Positions 23,774 to 35,360 of a DNA stretch of 35,360 nt are shown here, piece after piece. The notes below the pieces were generated by a model. It did no database searches. It was not told where the DNA came from and worked only from the letters and a program-made list of their open reading frames with translations. The stretch lies in assembly GCF_001186125.1 (NCBI RefSeq), contig NW_014040375.1, positions 59,146 to 94,505 of the forward strand, read 5' to 3'. Made by a program: the position numbers and the translations under genes. The stretch's first letter is position 1. Each line of letters begins with the position of its first letter. This DNA is from Sphaeroforma arctica JP610. Taxonomy: Eukaryota.

Positions 23774-26700
23774 TTATTGAATCGCTGTGCGCTTTATAAT
23801 GTGAAGGCCGGAATCGCTATCAACAGCGCCAGACATCTCGCCGACAGAGAGCACCTTCCTGTGTAATCAGAATAGTTAGGTGGCCAGAGAAAGAACGTAT
23901 ATGATATGAGAGACCGGTAGTTACGGCTGTCGTCTCCCAACAGATAGCTGCAAGTTCACTTTCACTTCGGTCAGCAGCAAATACGTATTGATATCATACA
24001 GCTCAATGCTAGACTGAGTTAAATATGTCTACTGAAGAACATCTGGCATTCACTTGCAAACCCTGCATGCTATACATTCTATCCGTGCAAATAACAGCCC
24101 ACAATTCCAAAACACATACGTGGCATCCTCAAAGGCCTCTGTAATGTTTGCGGTGGACATGTGAGTGGGTCCCAAGTGGCCGAGTCCAATGCAGAGCAGT
24201 TATCAGTCAAGCAGAAGGATGGCATGACGCATAGAATGAATGTAATGTCAGCATTTCTTCCCCACTCAACAAGTGTGAACAAGAGCAAGTGATACATCGC
24301 TAGGAACTCCGGTATTGCACTCCCTAAGCACGTTAAACGGGCATTCCTCGCTATACCGAGTGAGGTTAAAACTCATATGTCGCTTACTTATACCGAAGCT
24401 TTGAAATTGAAAAGCATTGTAATTCGCATCTGTGATGGATAGATTATACACACTCACTCCAGTGACCATCACCGTCGCACACATGACATCGATTTGCACA
24501 TCAGTCTGACGGGGATGCAAAGAAGAAACCGCGCCGGATTCGTAAAAACAGAATTTAAAATATTTCAACGCACCAGATTCTGAAAACAGAATTTGACATA
24601 CTTTGCATCTGTCCTGGGCCAAATGGTCCCAAGTCGCCACAGTTACGTGCACTACCACAGTCGCTAAACTCTTTCGCAAGTGTGCCAAAGTCCTCTCCAT
24701 CTTCAATACGCTTGCGATAGCCTTTATTTTAAGTGTTTGAATTATGCAACGGATAGAACGAAAGAGTTATGTTGTGATGTACTCGCTGAATTTTTTAGTG
24801 CAGGAACTAGAAATTGAATCAATAACTATTCGGCTTGCGGAGCATCATACGACAGTTGATGGACAACATAGATAGTCGAACTTGTTTTGCAATAGCTTCG
24901 AAATTGACTTTTGAAGACTAAGCAGCAACCTTCAAATCATTCAATTATCGCTACTTTCTCTCTTAAATTCAAGTTGAACCGGTAAAATTGTACTACTTTG
25001 AATGCGCGTACCACAACTATAGATCATGTATTTGCTACATTCTGAGAAATTGTCAACTATTGGGCATGCAATGCTAGTTCAATTGGTAGTATAAATCCGA
25101 ATCCGATCGAAACTGTAAATTGATTGTAGACAACGATGTCGATTCGGTCCCTAAAATTAGATATGTTGTTCCAGAATCAAACATTCACTTACCCATCAGC
25201 AATTCCATAGCCTCGTCCTTGGTGCGCGTGATCACACCGTCCTGGCGCCACGATTTAGGATTGCGTGATCCCTCGTGTTTCACCAGCAGATGGGAGCAGC
25301 GCATCATGTCCTCTGTGGAGCATTGAGAAATAAGTAATCGATAAATTATCGCCTTCAACATCCCGAAAATCGGATAGTGATGTGAAGTGCAACAGGGTGT
25401 CTGCATATATCTTGGGTGTGCGAAACTGAGATATGGCATGAAAACTATACAGATCTTCTACCCAATCTGGCTTATGCGGCTCTCGTGCAATCGTATAGAG
25501 CGAGGGAACGATATGAGCTTCAGCAATCCCGTTTGAAGGACACAAGATATTCACTTTAATCTATAAAAATTTTGTTCAGACGGCCTATACACTCGCTATA
25601 TGCATGACTATGTTAGGTCTACATTTCTGCTGCTTGGCGATAGTATGAAATACCGCTGTACTGCTTACCCTGGGCGAGTATATCACTTGCACGCACACAT
25701 ACGATATTAAAGGTGCATGACTGAACCAACCAACCCAGTCAAAAGATGCGATACGTGATAAATCGTCTAAAACTTTTACAGTTCAGTTTGAAAAGGTGAT
25801 TGTCCAACAATAAGCAAGTGGCTCGCAGACATGTCGACATGATATAATCAAAGGTTCGCTGCGTTAATTGACGTGTATGTGAAGTTTGTTAAGTCAATTC
25901 GGGTAAACCGACCCAATTATACATACAAACTTAGTACGTACCAGAGTGAGGTTCTGCTGCTTCCGTGGGCACCTCCCACTGCGACTGCTTTGTGAAGCTG
26001 TTTATATAGTAGGTTTTTCCAGCTGCGTAAAGTCGGCAATAGAATTTATAATTGACAGATCAGTAGCATATCATCGCAGTAGAAAATTGAGGGCACTCGA
26101 GCTTAATAGATTACACCATGATATGTGTACGTTGCACTCTTCATGCCGGACAGCAGTAGCTATTATATGTATATATTATATAGCTCTCGCGAACAATCGT
26201 ACTTTGAAACAGTGCTGTGGGGTTTCATTGCTTGATTTGAGGTTCACAAGTACGTGGCCGCACTTGTTGTTGGGATAGAAGCGTGCTTGTTCTCTGCGTA
26301 TACATAGTCGAAGTCTGATTGGTTCGCTTGCGAGCTTTCGGAAAATGCTCGTGGTGTTGACAGCGCGTATTCTAAATCGCATGTCAAACACTTTAACACT
26401 CCATATGTGTATAACGAAAACGGAGAACGCGCGGTAGAATTGTAATATCACTCGACTCTTTGTGGATATCTGTATAGTGGTGGTTGCTTCAATTGAATAT
26501 ATCTCATCACTGGTAAACGACGCTCGTAAAACTGCACCATCAAAGGTTCGAAAGTGTAGGTGAGCAATCTGTTGCATGACATATTGACGAAAAAGATACC
26601 TTGCCGATATCTCGTTTGCGAACTCGGAAAGGGTTGCAGACGGCACTGCGGGAATATATGCATGGCAGCATAAGTATAATCAAACACATATAGCTCAAAA

Positions 26701-26774
26701 TACCAGCTTCACATACACTTACGATTTGAAGAAGATTGTCTGGCTGTCCAGCCTTCAGGTAGAGATTCTCCCAT
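23774..26774 (-). CDS. PIN1: Peptidyl-prolyl cis-trans isomerase Pin1/Ess1 (WW domain + parvulin), 6 exons, 158 aa
   Basis: Exons 26774-26723, 26022-25942, 25312-25193, 24721-24602, 24138-24120, 23858-23774 (477 nt, phases match). Protein: [36 protein letters not shown] (WW) ...[31 protein letters not shown]...[63 protein letters not shown]. Confidence 0.95.
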
Positions 26775-27223
26775 TTCTCACAAATTCCTGTCGAATATAG
26801 CAACTGTTTACACTTTACACAATATATACTGTCAATGCAGTGCCCTATCCACTCTAGTAACATAATAAATAAATAGTAACCGGAGAAATATTTTAAAAAT
26901 GTTGATACTTGATAGTCGCGAGCTGTTGACTTTTCCAGACCCGAATTTGGCCCAGACGTTCGAGAGTATTTTTTTTTCTTCAATCTAGATTTTGGAGTAT
27001 TTATTTATTTAGACTGATGTGTGCGTCTGGGTTGCAATTTGCAACTTGCAACTATGACTCATTCCTCTCGCTTGTTGGTTTGAAACGGCGCCACATGATG
27101 CCGGATCTGATAAGTAATTCTGAATGCAACATTTCAATATGTATAATAAAAGGGGTAAAGCCTCAGGTACTCGCCATTTATTTAATACAGTTCTAGGATA
27201 GATTCTACGCTATATATCACAAG
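26775..27223. promoter_or_regulatory. Putative bidirectional promoter between Pin1 and OPRTase
   Basis: Only 449 bp separate the divergent start codons at 26774 (-) and 27224 (+). No specific motif is proven. Confidence 0.55.
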
Positions 27224-29995
<2,772 letters not shown>

Positions 29996-30923
29996 TTGTC
30001 TCTACAAACAACCCTTCTGTAGTGCGAACATAGGCTCATCAGAAATTGAGATTGAGTGTACCCTTATGCTCAACTATTTGCATATGAGAGATTGCACATT
30101 GCAAATATCCGGCTGAAAGTCGTACGTTTTCGGCAATTGGTCTAGGTATCACAGAGAAGTGAAATCGGTAATGTCGCGCAGGGCAGGTTAAAAGCCGTGC
30201 AAGGTGGATTTGAACAGTAATCTTAGTCGGATAAATACAACAAGCAACTAATTTGCCCATATTGTAATTTGATATAGATAAGCGCATGCCTTTAGTAACG
30301 CTGTGATATGGCTGTGACTTTCAATATTTAATTAAAAATCCTATAATAGCAATGACATACATCTGCAGCTTCAGTTTGAACACACCACTACTTGAAGAAC
30401 GCCAGTGGTTGCAGCTCTTATAAAATTGATCGAAGACATGAATTGGTCTTTATGTCGAGTAGCATGCAGTCGAGATTCTGGCATGATCAGCCAAGTATGG
30501 AGCTCTTACTTTAAGAATACTCCATAAATAGCTTTTTCTAAGATATATTTAGGCTTTTAGGCTTTCTTTGCGAAGAGTTAGTGATCAAAGTGAACTCTCA
30601 CCCGCCGTCTACACAATTTAGGGGGACGTAATCTAACAGCAAGCTATCCCCCTAGCGAGATATGCAGATACACTGCAATCATAATATATCAAAATTTTGA
30701 AGTAGCCTATTTGTTACTGACACAATACAATGTATTTATTTAGACTTGCATTGCTATTTGAAGTCAGAGAAACTAGGCGGTCCTAAGTTATATACACCAC
30801 CTGTTCCTCCAATATTGGGGATAGCTACGTCTACACCCCAGACGTTCCTAGTGTTCTGCCTACTTTCGAAGCGCCACTGGACACTCCCAGCCCGAAAATA
30901 CTTTTCCAAGATGTACCTCGCCC

Positions 30924-31955
30924 TTAAGCAACAACACCACAGTCGACAATCTCAACACTCTTGATGGGCTTGTCACGTGCACCTGTAGGGTTGTTCTCTA
31001 CATCAGTTACGTGTTCCATACCCTTGGTCACCTTGCCGAATACAACGTGGCGGCCGTCCAACCATGAAGTCTTGATGGTGGTGATGAAAAACTGGGACCC
31101 TGAAGTGAATAATAAGTGCACACAGATATTTCAGAATAATATACCAGACAGTATATACAATTCTCGACTGGTTCTCTGTAAACTGTATATATTAATACTG
31201 CATGTTAATCACAAATCGGGTTGGCGTAATGGTTTCCACTATTGCAATCTATATAATATAAAGTAGACCTTTTTAAGAAAATGATTACGGATTGCCACCA
31301 ATTTTGACTGCTGCCTCTTTCAGCAATCTAAAATATACAGACTAAAAGGCTATCAAAGGAGGGTGAAATTTATCTTACCGTTCGTGTTCTTTCCTGAGTT
31401 GGCCATAGAAAGGTATCCAGGTCCTTCGTGCTTTAAGGTGAAGTTCTCATCCTCAAACTTATCTCCGTAAATGGACTTGCCGCCGGTTCCATCGCCGCGA
31501 GTAAAGTCACCTGCAAAGATGCGAAACGCAATCAGAAACGGCCATATTCTCACTAAACATTACATACGTACTCCATAAAAATCATACCCACACGGTAATA
31601 CAACGGGTCGAGGTACGTGAATTAGACTTTCATAACCATACGTTGGCGACAGGAACAGAACACACTCAGTCGAGTAGACCAAGCACATACCGCCCTGAAG
31701 CATGAACTGCTTAATGACACGATGGAACTTGGATCCCTTGTAGCCTTCTCCCTTCTCTTTCTTTGCTAGCTCAACGAAGTTCTTCACTGTCTTGGGAACA
31801 ACATCACCGAACAATCCCATCTCAATGCGACGCACATCAAGCTCGCCTTCTATCTGGACGTCAAAGAACACTGTGTCTGTGACCTTGGGATCTTCTGCAG
31901 CAACGAAAGCTGCTAGCATAGCCACTACGGCCAGTACGAAGGTGATAAACTTCAT
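30924..31955 (-). CDS. PPIB: Cyclophilin-type PPIase with signal peptide (cyclophilin B-like), 3 exons, 190 aa
   Basis: Exons 31955-31691, 31510-31379, 31099-30924 (573 nt). Hydrophobic leader [20 protein letters not shown]; motifs [65 protein letters not shown]. Confidence 0.95.
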
Positions 31956-32971
31956 TTTCTGTTTGTGTAAGTGATTATGAGTGCTGTAACTATGACTACT
32001 CGCGCACCATGAAGGTAGTTTTTATTTATGCGCATCTTGTTCTGCATTCCTCTGTTTGTTTGTTTGTTTGTTGACGAAAATTGCACTTACATATATATGT
32101 ATAAAAAAACAATTGTACATATTCTCGGTGGACCGAGTTTTGACGATTATCGTTCTAGATCCAGTAGCCTCCATACATACATATAGCACAGATGAAAATA
32201 AAGCGGTGAACTGAAACCGTACCAGAATCAATAAACGTACTGGAAAGTCGCGGTTCATGAATGCCGGAAATCTGAATTCTATTTGTACAAATGAAATTCG
32301 AAAATAAATGCCACCGCCTCAGAATTAATGTATGTGTTCTAAATATCGACATGGATTGGCTAAGATTTAGTACATTTAAATCTGAATGCCCACATCACCA
32401 CATGATTGGGATGCGAAATTTCCTCCAAATGTGTTTTGTTTTCAGGTCTCCTCGTTACGCTATTGCTGTACAGAATAAACGTTATACGTTAAATTCATTC
32501 CTATACGTTAAAAAGGTATACGCAAATAACCCGGCTTAATCAGACACAGTATAGGCCTGTGAGACCCTATACATGTGTCGACCAGCAGACGAAAACGTTA
32601 AAGGAACGCTAACGCATCAGACTATGCGTTTTAACTTTCAAATATAACGGTACATATGCGACCTCTCACGGTCTCACCTGAGTCACCTCACTCTCATCAA
32701 CCTCTCCGTAGCTAGCCTCTTCTAAATAAAACAGATAAATACCATCTATTGGTTTTTGTTTGTTTGTTTGTTTTTGTAACCTTAAAACCCTAACCTTAAA
32801 ATAATAATAAAAATTCTGGCCCTATAGACCACTGAAAAATCCCTATTTTTAGAACTATTTTTCAAAATCGTTTCCAAGCCTCTATTATCTATTTTTTTTT
32901 AAACTGTTTTGTTTCACAACGCATGCATTTATATATGAACGCACACGTATAGGCACTGTAGACCGCCTTCT

Positions 32972-34462
32972 ATGCCACTTAGTTTGTTGTGCAGAGTATT
33001 GTAGTGATGAGATTAGTGTGGAGAATCCAGGGCGTCGTGTCCCGCACAGGTCAAGAGAACGTTTTATAACATTTATGACTCGCCTTGGGCGATTCAACAA
33101 ACGTGCCCACAGGACAACATAGATTATGAGTTCAAAACGAATATATTTTTGTGCGATAAACATATCAGGGAAGAATACTTCAAACAGAATACAACTAACA
33201 AAACATTACTGTCTAATGATGTTCCTATGACTAGAGAACAGTACGATGCACGCAAAATTGGCTTACATCCCGAGGATGATGACCAGCAAAAATTATATAA
33301 CACGGCCACACGTATGTATAGCGATCTAATTGGATCTGTAGACGCACCATCAAAACGTGCAGGGCTTTGTAAAAGACCCACTGAGTCTCATATAGTGTCG
33401 ACCATGACTCTATCAACAAGGGAAAAAGATCAGGAACTGAGGGCATTATCATCGTCAGTTGTCAAATCAATCGATCCAAGAGTCAACGGTAAAATCATTG
33501 AAAGATGAATTGGAAGTAAAAGATTTTGAAATAGCGAAGCTAGTTGAAGAGGCGATGAACTTACACACCAGCAGACAGAGACTGGTCGACGACTCTGTAG
33601 AAACTTTTCACATACCGACGTTATAACACAAATACATTGTCATGAATCTGTAGATAACCTCAGGTTTTGGACGAGCTTTCAGTCGATAGAAAAATACACG
33701 AGATTTGTGCCGTACAAAATCATTTGAGGATGAAATCTTGATGTGGTTTGTGAGTGTATGACACAACGAGGAGATTGGAGTAGTGAGACATTTTTTTAGT
33801 GTAGCATACACGTATACAGTTGGTAATATACTCAGGAATACCAATATTGCTTTACTGTCCTTCTTCAGGCACCCATCCTGTAATTTGATGAATCTGCTAG
33901 ATCCCGGTATAGTCAATGAATTGCGGTTACCGTGCTATCAAGAAGAACATGATACGCTTGCTATTGTTTTTGATGCTACAGAATACTTTATTAAAACGGG
34001 TAGCGACAAAAATTTACAAGCAGCATCGTACAGCAATTACAAACATCACAACACTGCAAAACAACTAGTTGCAATGTCTGCTGCTGGACATTGCAAATAC
34101 GGATCGCCGCTGTATCCAAGACATATAAGTGACCGAGCTTCGTCACAGCTCTGCAAAAAAGGACCTTTTTGACAAATTATTGCCTGGTTGTTCTGTGATG
34201 GGGGACCGAGGTTATGACGTTGGAAATCTGTTGCCAGAAGGCTGTCATCAGTAGGTCAACTTACAGAAGTACGATTATCAATATGAAGACTATTGCTGGT
34301 GTCCGTATTCACATAAAAAGAGTCAATAGAAGAGCAAAAATGTTTTTAATGCTCGCTCAAGAAGTGCGCCTTGTATATCTGTACTTCTTTTGTCCAGCGG
34401 CTGAGACTTTATTTTATCTTATCGACTTTATCTCACCCATTGTAAAAAAACTATATAAGTAA
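32972..34462 (+). pseudogene. Degenerate transposase: THAP-like N-terminus + HTH + DDE_Tnp_4 (PIF/Harbinger-ISL2EU type)
   Basis: Fragments lie in shifting frames: VCCAEYC..VP..LCDKHI (THAP-like), DNLRFWTSFQS, IVFDATEYFI...SYSNYKHHNTAKQLVAMSAAG...SPLYPRHISD, LLPGCSVMGDRGYDV, IAGVRIHIKRVNRRAKMF. There are several stops and frameshifts, and the expected E of RIHVER is K. Confidence 0.88.
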
Positions 34463-34981
34463 TATTGTATTATTTCTAAGAACTGTATAGATAAAAATAA
34501 AAATCAATATGACAGCTGTAATGCATTATTTTATGAACTATATAAATATTTAATACTAAAAGTCAATGTGACAGAAATACTTTATTTTTGTCTATTCATT
34601 TTTGATTAACTTAATTATGCAGCAACATCGTCGATTAAATTGAAGTATTTCAGTTGAAGAGTTTTAAGTTCTTCTTCTGTGCCAGAGAAGACAAAGGGTT
34701 CGTGTCTGTGGATATAATTGAGCTTGTCAAACCTTGTACGTTGTGATTCGTGAGGTCCAAGACTTGCACGTAGCTTCTTGGTAGGTGGTGGTATTGTGTC
34801 TTTTCCATGCGTTGTTTTGTTAGATAGTTATACAAATGTATCTCAACATTCCTTGTGATAATACCAGCTGGCACATCACATCTTTGTGGCTGTGATATAG
34901 ACAGAGGTTTAAATATTACTGTAAAAGTATAATCAGGCACATACATGTATAATTATGTTGTTGTTGCTTAAGCATGCAAAA

Positions 34982-35360
34982 TTAACAAGATGGGCCTACC
35001 TGGTAAGTACAAAGTCCATCGTCCATCTCTATACACATTTGCATGTGAGGGTTCTCTCGTCCCCAGCCGGCCTGCATACTAACTACCCATACCAATGCAG
35101 TACAATATACGCATTTACCGCCAACGCCCGTTGGACACTTGCAATAGCATTTGTTGACATCATATTCGTTATTCTCGTTGTGTACGCAAAGAGCATATGC
35201 TTCACAGGCATCTGAATTCATCGATCCGTGGATGTTGCGCCCTTCTTTGAGTATTTCGAGGTGGGTGTGGGTCGAATAGACGTTGGGCTGAGCTAAAAGT
35301 TCGTCGATCTGGATCTGTTGCTGTTGATTTTGAATCACTAGAAGTGCACCAGTGTAGAAA
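34982..35360 (-). pseudogene. SWIM zinc-finger ORF fragment, probable second gene of the transposon (runs off window)
   Basis: IHGSM....Y.......CYCKCPTGVGGKCVYCTALVW matches the SWIM CxC-xn-CxH pattern with H replaced by Y. It is convergent with the transposase. Confidence 0.7.

Larger units (their letters stand above)
32972..35360. mobile_element. Decayed ISL2EU/PIF-Harbinger-like DNA transposon (ends not defined)
   Basis: THAP-DDE_Tnp_4 transposase and SWIM ORF in tail-to-tail arrangement, intronless and AT-rich, unlike the flanking host genes. TIRs and TSD could not be determined because the right end is outside the window. Confidence 0.8.

Noticed and set aside
24882..24917. Intronic stretch reading [12 protein letters not shown] on the minus strand, reminiscent of the parvulin FxxLAK helix (possible alternative Pin1 exon)
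   Set aside because: Wrong phase relative to the upstream exon, weak donor, only 12 codons; likely chance
25255..25554. 99-aa minus-strand ORF in Pin1 intron 2 preceded by an AG
   Set aside because: No recognisable motif, out of frame with Pin1 exon 3, and Pin1 is complete without it
32555..32680. Short inverted repeats (GTGAGACC/GGTCTCAC; AACGCAT/ATGCGTT) upstream of the transposase
   Set aside because: 7-8-bp matches can occur by chance, and they cannot be assigned as TIRs without the element's right end
32775..32800. AACCTTAAAACCCTAACCTTAA, telomere-like
   Set aside because: Only one true CCCTAA unit; too short to call an interstitial telomere or a transposon end

Overview
Intron-rich eukaryotic genomic DNA with GT-AG introns, CTAAC/CTGAC-like branch points, long (TA)n/(TG)n microsatellites and two scaffold gaps. 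Gene content and style suggest a unicellular opisthokont, possibly an ichthyosporean; this is inference only. By hand-splicing I reconstructed five phase-consistent genes: (1) a 5'-partial ARM+HECT E3 ubiquitin ligase of the UFD4/TRIP12/UPL3 family (19 exons, +); (2) an intron-containing plasmid pRiA4b ORF3-like gene (+); (3) Pin1/Ess1 (WW+parvulin, -, with a 19-nt microexon); (4) a stand-alone URA5/PyrE-type orotate phosphoribosyltransferase (+, head-to-head with Pin1); (5) a signal-peptide cyclophilin (-). A sixth, apparently intronless gene (-, about 1200 aa, low-complexity N-terminus, LURP-one/Tubby-C-like C-terminus) only reads through if two separate -1 frame changes are made. The right end holds a decayed two-gene DNA transposon (THAP + DDE_Tnp_4-type transposase facing a SWIM zinc-finger ORF; ISL2EU/PIF-Harbinger-like). 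Several introns contain minisatellites, and one (TA)n tract appears to carry an inserted element that is mostly hidden by a gap.
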